From Syntrophobacterales bacterium (lineage in GTDB: Bacteria > Desulfobacterota > Desulfobaccia > Desulfobaccales > 0-14-0-80-60-11), in NCBI GenBank assembly GCA_023229795.1, contig JALNYP010000001.1, positions 5,321-69,320 on the forward strand: 64,000 bases of DNA, read 5' to 3'. The translations under genes were made by a program, and so were the position numbers. Below the pieces are notes generated by a model. The model saw only the letters and a list, made by a program, of their open reading frames with translations. It searched no databases and had not been told where the DNA came from. Shown here one piece after another: positions 37,793-47,720 of this stretch. Within the stretch, counting starts at the first letter, position 1. Every line of letters starts with the position of its first letter.

Positions 37793-38722
37793 ATGGTGCC
37801 CCGGGTCAGCGTCATTATTCCCACATACAACCGCGCCGAAATGGTGCGGGAAGCCGTGGCCTCGGTCCTGGCCCAGACCTGCCGGGACTTCGAGGTCGTG
37901 GTGGTGGATGACGCCTCCACCGACGGCACTGCCGCGGCCCTGGCCGAGTACGCAGAGGTGCAGGTGCTCCGCCACCCCCGCCGCCGCGGCGTTGCCGCGG
38001 CCCGCAACACCGGCATCCAGGCGGCCCGCGGCGAGTGGCTGGCCTTTTTAGATTCCGACGACCTGTGGCTGCCCGAAAAGCTGGCCCGGCAAATGGCCTA
38101 TCTTCAGGCCCGGCCGGGACTCTGGCTGTGTCAGACGGATGAGACCTGGGTGCGCCGGGGGGCCAGGGTGAATAAACCCTGGAGCCACCGGAAAATGGCA
38201 GGGCGCATCTTTTTGCCGTCGCTGGCCCGCTGCGTGGTGAGCCCGTCGGCGGTGATCCTGCACCGGCGGCTGATCGAGGCGCACGGCGGCTTCGATGAGA
38301 CGCTCCCGGCTGCCGAAGACTATGATCTCTGGCTGCGCCTCAGTTGGCGCTATGAGGTGGGCCTGGTGGAGGAGCCCCTGGTGATCAAGCGGGGCGGCCA
38401 CGCGGACCAGCTCTCCCGGCAGTGGGGCCTGGACCGCTGGCGCATTCAGGCCCTGGTCAAGCTGCTCCAGGAGCCTGACCTGCCCGAATCTTATAAACAA
38501 GCGGCCCGGCGCACCCTGGGGGCCAAATGCGCCATCTACGCCCAGGGCTGCGACAAGCGGGGCAAAGGCGAAGAAGCCGCGGCTTACCGGAGGCTGGGGC
38601 GGCAGGCGGCAGATTTTGACACCGACTTCGGCGGCTTTACCTGGATTGGCCCCGCCGAGACGGGGCGGCATCAGCATCTTTCTATCCTAAAGCGAGGAGC
38701 CCGGCATGATAACGTGCTATAG
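37793..38722 (+). CDS. Glycosyltransferase family 2
   Basis: VSVIIPTYNRAEMV..., VVVDDASTDGT, FLDSDDLW (DxD). Confidence 0.85.
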   Translation: MVPRVSVIIPTYNRAEMVREAVASVLAQTCRDFEVVVVDDASTDGTAAALAEYAEVQVLRHPRRRGVAAARNTGIQAARGEWLAFLDSDDLWLPEKLARQMAYLQARPGLWLCQTDETWVRRGARVNKPWSHRKMAGRIFLPSLARCVVSPSAVILHRRLIEAHGGFDETLPAAEDYDLWLRLSWRYEVGLVEEPLVIKRGGHADQLSRQWGLDRWRIQALVKLLQEPDLPESYKQAARRTLGAKCAIYAQGCDKRGKGEEAAAYRRLGRQAADFDTDFGGFTWIGPAETGRHQHLSILKRGARHDNVL

Positions 38723-39089
38723 TAAAAAGGCGAATTTTGACACCTGGTTTACCAACGGCAAGCACGAAGGGCATTGCGATGGGCCGGTGGACAAGGGCGG
38801 CGCTGATGCCGCCTTTAATCCCCACGAGCTTATGGAAGCAGCCTTGGCCGGCTGTTTGAATATCTGGCTCCGGCACTATGCCGCGGGTCATAATATTCCC
38901 CTGTCCGGCCTCGTGACCGAGGTGACCCTGGATCGGCAGACGCCGGGAGAGGCCACCTTCAACTATGCGCTGGACCTGAAGGGGCCCCTGACCGCGGCCC
39001 AACGCCAGGAGTTGCACCAGGCAGCCCATGCCTGCCCCGTGCATCAAACCCTGGGCGGGAAAATCTCGTTTAGCTGCATGTCGGCCTAG
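38706..39089 (+). CDS. OsmC/Ohr-family protein
   Basis: NPHELMEAALAGCL...AHACPVHQTL, the two conserved Cys contexts of OsmC. Confidence 0.8.
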   Translation: MITCYSKKANFDTWFTNGKHEGHCDGPVDKGGADAAFNPHELMEAALAGCLNIWLRHYAAGHNIPLSGLVTEVTLDRQTPGEATFNYALDLKGPLTAAQRQELHQAAHACPVHQTLGGKISFSCMSA

Positions 39090-39110
39090 AAGAACCCTGA
39101 GGAGAACCTG

Positions 39111-39683
39111 ATGGACGTGTACGAAGCGATTCACCAGCGCCGCAGCCATCGGCTGTATAAACCCGAGCTGCCGCCCCGGGAGGTCCTAGAAAGGGTGATC
39201 GAGGCGGCTCTCTGGGCGCCGTCGGGCACCAATCTCCAGCCCTGGGAGATCACCGTCATGGCGGGCCGGGTCCGGGACGAGTTCGTGGAACTGGTCAGCC
39301 AGGCCCTGAAAAACCTGATCCCCATTATGCAAAAGGCCCAGGTGCCGGAAAAAAGCCAGGACCTGGTGATGAAGTTTTTCAAAAACCTGGGAGGCGCGCC
39401 GGCGGTCATCGCAGTGACCATCGATCAGCGGCCTGATGACCCAACCAATTTAGCCAATATCCAGAGCGGCGCCGCCCTCATGCAAAACCTGCTCCTGGCG
39501 GCCCATGCCGAGGGCCTGGGCACCTGCTGGATGACCGGGGCGCACTCCCTGGAAACCGAGATCCTGAAGTTCCTGGGCAAGGAGACCAAGCGGCTGCTGG
39601 CCATCACCCCCATCGGCTACTCCGCCAAAGAGCCGCCGGTGCCGCCCCGGAAAGATCGGGAAGTGCGCTGGCTGGGGTTTTAG
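39111..39683 (+). CDS. Nitroreductase-family protein
   Basis: AIHQRRSHRLYK..., APSGTNLQPW..., GLGTCWM. Confidence 0.85.
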   Translation: MDVYEAIHQRRSHRLYKPELPPREVLERVIEAALWAPSGTNLQPWEITVMAGRVRDEFVELVSQALKNLIPIMQKAQVPEKSQDLVMKFFKNLGGAPAVIAVTIDQRPDDPTNLANIQSGAALMQNLLLAAHAEGLGTCWMTGAHSLETEILKFLGKETKRLLAITPIGYSAKEPPVPPRKDREVRWLGF

Positions 39684-39686
39684 GGG

Positions 39687-39725
39687 CAGTTGCCAGTTGC
39701 CAGTGGTCAGTGGTCAGTGGTCAGT
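39687..39725. repeat. Tandem heptamer repeat CAGTKGY x about 5.5
   Basis: cagttgc cagttgc cagtggt cagtggt cagtggt cagt, immediately after the nitroreductase stop. Confidence 0.85.
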
Positions 39726-39833
39726 AAAAACCAAAAATTAGGGGCCTTAAGTTGATTGCTGAGGGATAGACTGCTTACTGCTCACTAATTGGGTGCCCTG
39801 GGCGCACCCGGAATCAACCCACGAGAGTTAACC

Positions 39834-40883
39834 ATGGCTGAAATCAAGGTTCCCCTGGTAGAGCAAGTCCGCGCCGCGGGCTGAGCTTCGAAAATACCTC
39901 CGGGGGTCCTGGAGGAAGTGGTGCAAAGCCTGCCCCGGCAGAAGCACCCGGATCTGTTGGTGGGCCTGGAGGCTCCCGACGACGCCGGAGTATTTCGTCT
40001 GAGCCCCGAGTTGGCGTTGATCCAGACGGTGGATTTCTTTACGCCCATCGTCAACGATCCCTATGCCTTCGGGGCCATTGCCGCGGCCAACGCCCTGTCC
40101 GACATCTACGCCATGGGGGGCAGACCCCTGACGGCCCTGAGCATCGCCTGCTTTCCCTTAAAGACCATGCCGATAGATGATTTCAAGGCCATTTTAAGGG
40201 GCGGGATGGACAAGCTCCATGAGGCCGGGGCCTTGCTGCTGGGCGGCCACAGCGTCGAGGACCCGGAACTGAAATTCGGCCTGGCAGTCACCGGCGTCAT
40301 CCATCCGGATAAGATCCTCACCAAGGGCGGGGCCCAGGTGGGCGACCTGCTCATCCTCACCAAGCCCCTGGGGACCGGGATCATCGCCACGGCCTTGAAG
40401 GGCCGCCTGGCCGCGCCCGAAGCGGAGGCGGCCATGATCGAGGTGATGAGCGGGCTCAACCGGGCCGCGGCCGAAAGCCTGGAAGGGCTCAAGGTCCATG
40501 CGGCCACCGACATCACCGGCTTCGGCCTGCTGGGCCACGGGCTGGAGATGGCCCAGGCCGGCCAGGTGGAGTTCACGATCTATGCCTCCCGGACGCCGGC
40601 CCTGCCCTGGGCCCGGGACTACGCCGACATGGGGCTGGTGCCCGCGGGCAGCCACGCCAACCGCAACTTCTGCGCCCAACACCTGGCCATCGATCCCCGG
40701 GTGGGCGCCCTTGACGTGGACCTGCTGAGCGACGCGCAGACCTCCGGGGGCTTGCTCATCGCCATCGCCCCGGACAATGCTCCCGAACTCATGGGGCGCC
40801 TTAAGGCGCGGGACGTGCGCGGCGCCGCCATCATCGGGGAGGTGACCGGGGCCGGGGTGGGGCGGATCAGGGTAGTGCCGTAG
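39834..40883 (+). CDS. selD: Selenide, water dikinase (selenophosphate synthetase), selenocysteine-containing form with in-frame UGA at 39882-39884
   Basis: The ORF track starts at 39918, but the frame is open back to the ATG at 39834 apart from one TGA: MAEIKVPLVEQVRAAG-U-ASKIPPGVLEEVVQSLP... This aligns with the SelD N-terminal GAG(C/U)GCKI.P..L motif, placing Sec at the catalytic Cys position. The remainder is a typical AIR-synthase-fold SelD. Confidence 0.85.
39897..39915 (+). promoter_or_regulatory. Candidate SECIS hairpin downstream of the selD UGA
   Basis: CCUCCGG-GGGUC-CUGGAGG stem-loop starting 13 nt after the UGA, with G/U in the apical loop as in bacterial SECIS elements. Confidence 0.55.
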
Positions 40884-41021
40884 GGCGAGTTGGAGGAATG
40901 GTGCGCAGTGCGCACCCTACGTTAAGATTGCACTTGGCAATAATTTCCGTTCCCAAGTGCAACTTGGGAACGAGGGGAAAACTGCTATTTTCATAATAAA
41001 ACGCATCGGAGAATTGCCTTC

Positions 41022-42239
41022 GTGAAACCGGTATCGGAACAACTGGCTCTGATTAAGCAGGGCTGTCATGACATTATTCGGGAAGAAGAGCTCAAGGCCC
41101 GGCTGGAGAAGGCCATCGCCACGGGGATACCCCTGCGGGTCAAGGCCGGGTTTGACCCCACCGCCCCGGACCTGCACCTGGGCCACACCGTGCTCATTCA
41201 AAAGCTCAAGAATTTCCAGGACCTGGGCCACCAGGTGATCTTTCTCATCGGCGATTTCACCGGCCTCATCGGCGACCCTTCGGGCAAGAGCGAGACCCGG
41301 CCGGCCCTGACGGAGGAACAGGTGAAGGCCAACGCCGCCACCTACGAGCGCCAGATATTCAAGGTCCTGGACCCGGCCAAGACCATCATCGACTTCAACA
41401 GCCGGTGGATGAAGCCTATGGGGGCCCAAGACCTCATCCGCCTGGCGGCCCGGCACACCGTGGCCCGGATGCTGGAGCGGGAGGATTTTCATAAGAGATA
41501 TACCACCCAGACCCCCATCAGCATCCACGAGTTTCTCTATCCCCTGATCCAGGGCTATGATTCCGTGGCCCTGAAGGCCGACGTGGAGCTGGGGGGCACC
41601 GACCAGACCTTCAACCTCCTGGTGGGCCGGGACCTGCAGCGGGAGTACGGCCAGGAGCCCCAGGTAGTGATCACCCTGCCCTTACTGGAGGGCCTGGACG
41701 GGGTGAACAAGATGAGCAAATCCCTGGGCAACTACGTGGGGATCGATGAGGCCCCGGACGCGATGTTCGGGAAGCTCATGTCCATCTCTGACACCCTGAT
41801 GCTGCGGTACTATGAGTTATTGACGGATATCACCCCTGCCGATCTCGCCGCCCTTAAAGCAGACGTGGCCGCCGGCCGCAAGCATCCCCGGCAGGTGAAA
41901 GAAGAGCTGGCGGTAACCTTGACGGCCCGCTATCACGGCCAAACCGCGGCGCAACATGCAGCCGAGGAGTTCATTCGCATCCATCGCGAGAAAGAGGCGC
42001 CGGAGGAGATTGAAGAAGTGACCGTGAAGATTGCCGAAGCCAAGCTGTGGCTGCCGAAGATAATGATGGAAGCGGCTTTGGCCTCCGGCACCTCCGAGGC
42101 CCGGCGCCTCATCACCCAGGGCGGGGTGCAGGTGGACGGAGAAAAGGTTACGGACGCCAATCTGGAATTGGCGGCAGGGAAAACTTATCTCTTGAAGGTG
42201 GGTAAACGGCGGTTCAAGCGGGTGACGCTGGCGAGTTAA
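41022..42239 (+). CDS. tyrS: Tyrosine--tRNA ligase (type 2) with C-terminal S4 domain
   Basis: [14 protein letters not shown] (HIGH-like) and [11 protein letters not shown] start. Confidence 0.92.
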   Translation: MKPVSEQLALIKQGCHDIIREEELKARLEKAIATGIPLRVKAGFDPTAPDLHLGHTVLIQKLKNFQDLGHQVIFLIGDFTGLIGDPSGKSETRPALTEEQVKANAATYERQIFKVLDPAKTIIDFNSRWMKPMGAQDLIRLAARHTVARMLEREDFHKRYTTQTPISIHEFLYPLIQGYDSVALKADVELGGTDQTFNLLVGRDLQREYGQEPQVVITLPLLEGLDGVNKMSKSLGNYVGIDEAPDAMFGKLMSISDTLMLRYYELLTDITPADLAALKADVAAGRKHPRQVKEELAVTLTARYHGQTAAQHAAEEFIRIHREKEAPEEIEEVTVKIAEAKLWLPKIMMEAALASGTSEARRLITQGGVQVDGEKVTDANLELAAGKTYLLKVGKRRFKRVTLAS

Positions 42240-42354
42240 AGAGCGCAGCGGGACGCCTGGGCCATGGGCTTAAATACGGAGGGCGGACACGCAGGTCCGC
42301 CCCTACAATTTTGGGGGATGGGGAGAGTGGTTAAGGGCCACTGACAAGTAACCC

Positions 42355-43629
42355 TTAACCCTCTTCCCCGGCTTCTTTGCCTCGGCGTCTGCCCCGGGGC
42401 CGGTGGCGGCGGGAGCGCCGGCGTTTGGGCGCGGGCATGGGAATCGGCAGGGCCTCGGGCCGGCAGAGGTCCGGCAGTTCGGCCGCGGGCGCGGTTTTAA
42501 TTTGATGCAGCAGCCAGGTGGCGGGGTAGAGGGTCAGACGGGTCAAGCGGGCCGGAACCGGCTGGTTTTTGGCCAGCAGCGGCACCACCCGCTGTTCCAG
42601 GGCCAGCATCTGGGAAACCTCGTCCTGGCGCTGCCGGGGGAACTCGATGCCCCCCAAAGCCTCTTTAATCTTCTCCTGGATAAAATCCCTAAGTTCCTTG
42701 AAGTCCCGGGGATGGAGCTGAGGCTCGAGGAAGGCGCTCAAAAATACCGCCCAGATCAGGCTGTCGGACAGAATAAAGCCGCCCTCGACCAGGAGGTCCA
42801 GCCGGTCGGCCAGCTCCAGGAGGCGGTCTTCGCCCGAGTCCCCCAGTTGTCCCACCCAGGACGGGAAAATATCGTAGAACAACCCCGAGGCCAGCATCAG
42901 GGCGAAAAAGGGCTGGGCCGCGCCGCTGCGAAAATCCTTGAGGATTTCATCCCGCACCCGGGCGGGGGGGCAGGTGCGGATCAGGTGCCCCTTGGTGCTG
43001 ATTTCCTCCCAGGCCGCGGCGTCGATGGTAAAGCCGGTGCGGGCGGCATGGCGCAGCACCCGCAACATGCGCACCGGGTCGCGCACGAAGCGCAACGCCG
43101 GGTCCCCGATGACCCGGATGCGCCCGGCTTCCAGGTCTTCCATGCCTCCCACGTAATCCACCAGGGAAAAGTCGGCGATGTTGTAGAACAGGCCGTTGAT
43201 GGTCAGGTCCCGGCGTTGGGCGTCCTCCGCCGGGGTGCCGTAGGTGGTGTCCTTAGAGGGGCTGGCTCCGTTCTCGGGAAGCTCGTCGAATTCGGAGCGG
43301 CACCTGAAGGTAGAGACCTCGACGATGTGGCCGCCCTTAAAGAAGACCTGCACCAACCGGAAGCGCCGGCCGATAATGCGGCTGTTGCGGAAAAGCTTGC
43401 GCAGCTCGCCGGGCCGGGCGTCAGTCACCACGTCGAAGTCTTTGGGCGTCTTCTCCAACAAGATATCCCGGACGCCGCCGCCTACCAGGTAGGCAATGTA
43501 ACCGGCATGGTGGAGGCGGTAGAGGACTTTAAGGGCCTCAACCTCGATGTCTTTCCGGGAAACGGTGTGTTCCGGCCGGGGGATGATGCGAGGCGGCGTC
43601 TGGTGGGGCTCTGGAGTTTCAGACCGCAT
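42355..43629 (-). CDS. pcnB: Poly(A) polymerase I / tRNA nucleotidyltransferase family
   Basis: AYLVGGGVRDILL..KDFDVVT, RIIGRRFRLVQVFF, RDLTINGLFY, and a basic C-terminal tail. Confidence 0.85.
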   Translation of the reverse strand: MRSETPEPHQTPPRIIPRPEHTVSRKDIEVEALKVLYRLHHAGYIAYLVGGGVRDILLEKTPKDFDVVTDARPGELRKLFRNSRIIGRRFRLVQVFFKGGHIVEVSTFRCRSEFDELPENGASPSKDTTYGTPAEDAQRRDLTINGLFYNIADFSLVDYVGGMEDLEAGRIRVIGDPALRFVRDPVRMLRVLRHAARTGFTIDAAAWEEISTKGHLIRTCPPARVRDEILKDFRSGAAQPFFALMLASGLFYDIFPSWVGQLGDSGEDRLLELADRLDLLVEGGFILSDSLIWAVFLSAFLEPQLHPRDFKELRDFIQEKIKEALGGIEFPRQRQDEVSQMLALEQRVVPLLAKNQPVPARLTRLTLYPATWLLHQIKTAPAAELPDLCRPEALPIPMPAPKRRRSRRHRPRGRRRGKEAGEEG

Positions 43630-43794
43630 AGCAGGATTATAGTTAAAATCTCGACATTTTTTAACCCCAAACCCTTATAATTATGAAATTACTTTTGCAA
43701 AACCCCCTTGCCCAGGAAAAAAGCGGGGGGGAGGGGGAATTATTGACAAGCGCGGTCATTCCATATATTTCTAAGCTGTTAGAGGTATAAGCCG

Positions 43795-44271
43795 GTGAGG
43801 GAAGAAAACCGGGGCTACCGCGCCTTGATCCTGGGCCTGGCCACCTGGGCCGGGGTCGGGTTCCTGCCCTGGATGCCCGGGACCTGGGGGACCCTGGCGG
43901 CCCTGCCGCTGTGGTACCATCTCGCCCGGCTGGGCCCCTGGGGTTACGGCCTGGGGCTGGCGGCCGTTTTAGTCCTGGGGCTGTGGGCCGCGGGCCCGGC
44001 CCAACGGTTTTTGGGCCGCACCGACCACCCGTCCATCGTGGTGGACGAAGTCGCGGGGCTCCTAATCACCCTGGCCGGCGTGCCGGCGACCTGGGAGAAT
44101 GCGGCCCTGGGTTTTGTCATCTTTCGGACCCTGGACATCCTGAAACCCGGGCCCATCCGCTGGTTCGGCGAAGGTACAGGCGCCCTGGAAGTCATGGCCG
44201 ACGACGTGGCCGCGGGGGTGATCGGGCGGGTGATTATAGAAGTGGTGATGGTTTTTTGGAGTAGGGGTTAA
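43795..44271 (+). CDS. pgpA: Phosphatidylglycerophosphatase A
   Basis: GVGFLPWMPGTWGTLAALPL..., DHPSIVVDEVAG..., FRTLDILKP, DDVAAGV. Confidence 0.88.
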   Translation: MREENRGYRALILGLATWAGVGFLPWMPGTWGTLAALPLWYHLARLGPWGYGLGLAAVLVLGLWAAGPAQRFLGRTDHPSIVVDEVAGLLITLAGVPATWENAALGFVIFRTLDILKPGPIRWFGEGTGALEVMADDVAAGVIGRVIIEVVMVFWSRG

Positions 44272-44312
44272 AGAGGAAGAGCCCCCCGGTTTGACTTCAC
44301 AGGAAGTGGACC

Positions 44313-45344
44313 ATGCGACTAGATTTCCACTTTTATACGATCTATGTCCTGTCAAGAGTTGTGGGTTTCAGTCCGGATAACGCCTATGTCATAGCTTATG
44401 CTTCACAATATACGGATGATGAAGCTAGTGAGAATCCCATATTGTTCGAAAACGGCGGTGAGCTTGAACCAATCATTACGGCTCATCGGATTTTTGACCC
44501 GGGGGCAGTCACAGAGAGAATCTGTAAGAAGGTGTGGATTCCATTCCATTTTGTGCCTGGGAATTTAGGAATAGGTGATGAGCAAATGCTCACCAGAGCC
44601 AATAGTTCATTGACGCAAGCAATGATTAATGAATTGTTGAGTTACGATTTATTACCTTATAGCCGCCATCTTTTAGGCATTATGCTGCATGCCTATGCAG
44701 ATACCTGGTCACATCAAAATTTCATGGGCATGGTTAATGGAATGAATGAAGCTTCACAGCTGAGGGTGAATGGAGAAGATATTTGGCTCTATAACCTCGC
44801 ACCCGCCCTCGGCCATGCGCAAACCGGGGCTACGCCGGATGAACCGAGGCTGGAATGGGAATATCTTGATTATAAGGGTGAGCTTCATCGGGTGGCCAAT
44901 TATAATCGAGCTATAGAGGCGGCGCAAAATTGTCATAAGGTGCTATCTCAGTTCATTGATAAATTTGAGGATGACTTCCGTGATTCACAGTTCATTCCCT
45001 GGGAGCAGATTGCAGGGAAGATCATGGAGTTATTTCGAACACCAACCGATTTAGCGGGGTCCGTAACTGCTTGGGGAGAGGCCATTACTGCTAGTGAATT
45101 TGGATTTCAATCGCAAGGCAAAGATATCAATTTAATCTATGATGCCAGTGAATGGTTCAATGTGGCAATTAAATCTGAATCGATTCTAAATCAAGAATCA
45201 GGTCAATTCATAGAATGTTTTTTTAAAAATGATAATTATGAATCAAGTGACCTGAAGTATTTTAATGAGGCCGCGGGTTTTTATTGGTCTACTTTATTTA
45301 ATAATAACGCGGAGAGATTTGGTTTGAATAGTGCTTTGATTTAA
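44313..45344 (+). CDS. Hypothetical protein with His/Asp motifs reminiscent of the zinc phospholipase C / P1-nuclease fold (AT-rich insertion)
   Basis: 343-aa uninterrupted ORF in AT-rich DNA. Motifs FHFYTIYV...AYASQYTDD, IPFHFVPG, LHAYADTWSHQNF, LGHAQTGATPDEP. The family assignment is tentative. Confidence 0.65.
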   Translation: MRLDFHFYTIYVLSRVVGFSPDNAYVIAYASQYTDDEASENPILFENGGELEPIITAHRIFDPGAVTERICKKVWIPFHFVPGNLGIGDEQMLTRANSSLTQAMINELLSYDLLPYSRHLLGIMLHAYADTWSHQNFMGMVNGMNEASQLRVNGEDIWLYNLAPALGHAQTGATPDEPRLEWEYLDYKGELHRVANYNRAIEAAQNCHKVLSQFIDKFEDDFRDSQFIPWEQIAGKIMELFRTPTDLAGSVTAWGEAITASEFGFQSQGKDINLIYDASEWFNVAIKSESILNQESGQFIECFFKNDNYESSDLKYFNEAAGFYWSTLFNNNAERFGLNSALI

Positions 45345-45501
45345 CAAGGCCTATTAATATTTGCAAAGGGTCGGCAGGTTATTGACCGAACTGGATGAAG
45401 ATTTATCCTTGGAATGGTTATCGAGATAATTGAAAAGGCGGATTTTCGCCCACTCTTAATGGGAAAATGGTGCTCAGTGCGCACCCTACATAGATGCTCT
45501 T

Positions 45502-46740
45502 ATGATGCAAGGTGAGATCATTGCCACCGGCACGGAGTTGATTACCGGCCAGGTGGCTGACTGTAACACCCATTATGCCGCCCGGCGGTTGTTCGAGGCC
45601 GGCTTGGAGGTGGCGCGTTTCACCACAGTGGGCGATAAAGGTCCGCTGATCCGGGAAGTCCTGGAGCAGGCCATGAGCCGGTCGCAGTTTATCATTATTA
45701 CCGGCGGCCTGGGGCCCACCGAAGACGATGTCACCCTGCCGGCCGCGGCCCTGGCTCTAGATCGGCGCCTGGTGGTCCATGACGGCCTGTTGGACCGCAT
45801 TAAACGCTGTCTGGGGGCGCGGCAGATCCCCTGGGAGGAGCGCTATGCCGGACTGGCTCTGATCCCGGAAGGCGCGCAGCTTTTGGACCCGGGCGGCATG
45901 GCCTGCGGCTTTGCCGTGAAACATGAGGAAGTCCGCCTCTATTTCCTGCCCGGGGTCCCTCAGGAAATGCGGAGTCTGTTCGACGGCTTCGTGCTTCCCA
46001 ATTTGGTGGCCTGGGCCCAGCCGGAAGAATATTGGGTCCGGCGCACCCTGCGGCTGTTCGGAATTTCCGAAGGCCAGTTGCAGGGAGTAATCTGCCGGCG
46101 GCCGGAGTTTCAGCAGGGCGTGACCGTGGGGTATTACCCCCATTTTCCTGAAACCCACTTGAGTCTGACGCTGCGGGGGAAGGACCGCGCCGTGCTCAAT
46201 GCTAGCCTGGACCGCCTCACGGCTGCTCTGGGCGCAGAGGTGGGCGAAGCGCTGCTGGGGCCGGAGGAAGCCACCCTGGAAGAGCTGGTGGGCCGCCTGC
46301 TCAGGACGGGCGGGCTCACCGTGGCGGTGGCGGAGTCCTGCACCGGCGGCCTCATCGGCGACCGGCTCACCAACGTGCCCGGGTCTTCGGATTATTTTCT
46401 GGGCGGGGTGGTGAGTTACAGCAACGAGGCCAAGCACGATTTGCTGAAGGTGCCGCCGGAGGTCCTGGCCCAAAAGGGGGCGGTGAGCCCGGAGACCGCC
46501 GGGGACATGGCCCGGGGGGTCAGAGAAGTCTTTCATGCCGATATCGGGTTGGCGGTGACGGGTATCGCGGGCCCGAGCGGCGGCAGCCCGGCCAAACCCG
46601 TGGGCACCGTGTACATCGGCCTGGCCGACACCGAAGGCGAAGACGTCTGGCACTATCAGTTTTACGGCAACCGGACGGAGATCAAGACCCTGACGGCCCA
46701 GACCGCGTTGGACCGCCTGCGCCGGAAGTTGAAAACGTAG
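45502..46740 (+). CDS. cinA: CinA: MoCF-binding domain plus nicotinamide-nucleotide amidohydrolase (PncC) domain
   Basis: EIIATGTELITGQVADCNT..., ITGGLGPTEDD, ESCTGGL..., GIAGPSGG. Confidence 0.9.
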   Translation: MMQGEIIATGTELITGQVADCNTHYAARRLFEAGLEVARFTTVGDKGPLIREVLEQAMSRSQFIIITGGLGPTEDDVTLPAAALALDRRLVVHDGLLDRIKRCLGARQIPWEERYAGLALIPEGAQLLDPGGMACGFAVKHEEVRLYFLPGVPQEMRSLFDGFVLPNLVAWAQPEEYWVRRTLRLFGISEGQLQGVICRRPEFQQGVTVGYYPHFPETHLSLTLRGKDRAVLNASLDRLTAALGAEVGEALLGPEEATLEELVGRLLRTGGLTVAVAESCTGGLIGDRLTNVPGSSDYFLGGVVSYSNEAKHDLLKVPPEVLAQKGAVSPETAGDMARGVREVFHADIGLAVTGIAGPSGGSPAKPVGTVYIGLADTEGEDVWHYQFYGNRTEIKTLTAQTALDRLRRKLKT

Positions 46741-46763
46741 GGTGGGCACGGCCCACCACCTCC

Positions 46764-46808
46764 GCTTTCACCTCGTTCCCAAGTGCAACTTGGGAACGAG
46801 GTGAAAGC
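46764..46808. repeat. Perfect 21-bp-stem hairpin (GTTCCCAAGT-GCA-ACTTGGGAAC core family)
   Basis: GCTTTCACCTCGTTCCCAAGT gca ACTTGGGAACGAGGTGAAAGC. The same core occurs at 40949-40973, with variants at 48521-48545 and 48603-48628. Confidence 0.9.
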
Positions 46809-46828
46809 GAACCGCTGAAAGCTCAAAA

Positions 46829-47395
46829 ATGATCCGTGCTTTCCTGGCCATAGAGATGCCTGACAGCTTCCGGACCGGCCTGGCCCTGGTCCAGGGGGAG
46901 CTGAAGCGCAGCCAGGCCGACGTGCGCTGGGTGGCGCCGGGCAATATTCATCTGACGTTGAAGTTCTTCGGGAACGTCCCCGATGACGAGATCGACACCC
47001 TGGCCCTGGCGGCCGGGGAGGTGGCGCAAGAAGAGGAGCCCTTTCAGCTCAAGGCGACCATTGCCGGGGCCTTTCCGTCCCCCAAGGCCCCCCGGGTGGT
47101 GTGGCTGGGGCTGGGCGGCGACGTGGTGCCCCTGAACCGGCTGTATCATAAGCTGGAGAAGGCCTTCGCGGCCCTGGGGTATCTCCCGGAAGGCCGGGCC
47201 TTCCATCCCCACCTCACGCTGGGCCGGGTCAAGTCCCCCATGAACCGGGAGAAGCTGGCCCGGATGCTGGAAAAGATGCCGCCCATGGACTGGCCGCCTT
47301 TCGCGGTGAAGGAGTTGATCCTGTTTCAGAGCGTCTTGTCGCCCCAGGGGTCGAGATATACGCCGTTGAAGGTGATTCCGTTGGGTAAAGTGTAG
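46829..47395 (+). CDS. thpR: RNA 2',3'-cyclic phosphodiesterase (2H family, LigT/ThpR)
   Basis: Two HxTx motifs (HLTLKF and HPHLTLGRV). 188 aa. Confidence 0.88.
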   Translation: MIRAFLAIEMPDSFRTGLALVQGELKRSQADVRWVAPGNIHLTLKFFGNVPDDEIDTLALAAGEVAQEEEPFQLKATIAGAFPSPKAPRVVWLGLGGDVVPLNRLYHKLEKAFAALGYLPEGRAFHPHLTLGRVKSPMNREKLARMLEKMPPMDWPPFAVKELILFQSVLSPQGSRYTPLKVIPLGKV

Positions 47396-47498
47396 GGTGG
47401 CCATTGCCCACCATTTATCTGAGCACCATATTGGCGCCGCCGCGCCGGGGGAAGAAAAGGACTTGACCAAAACCGGCCAATGTATTACATTGTAAGAC

Positions 47499-47720
47499 AT
47501 GAAGACCAACACATTGACCATCAGACTTGACGAGGAGTTGGATAAACTCCTGACCAAGGCGGCGAAGCAAGCGGGAAAGAATCGGAGTGAGATTGCCCGT
47601 GAGGCGTTGCGCCGCCAACTTCGGGTCAGTCAGTTCGAAGCCCTCCGCAGGAAGATTATGCCTTTCGCGGAGGCGCGGGGATATCTCACCGATGAGGACG
47701 TGTTCCAGGAAGTTTCATGA
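47499..47720 (+). CDS. Ribbon-helix-helix (CopG-like) antitoxin
   Basis: LTIRLDEELDKLLTKAAKQAGKNRSEIAREALRRQL. 4-nt overlap with the downstream PIN gene. Confidence 0.8.
   Translation: MKTNTLTIRLDEELDKLLTKAAKQAGKNRSEIAREALRRQLRVSQFEALRRKIMPFAEARGYLTDEDVFQEVS

Noticed and set aside
40884-41021. T-box leader upstream of tyrS (and similarly upstream of leuS, 33212-33493)
   Set aside because: The regions are too short or consist of dispersed hairpin repeats. No specifier-loop or T-box (GGUGGUACCGCG-like) sequence was found.
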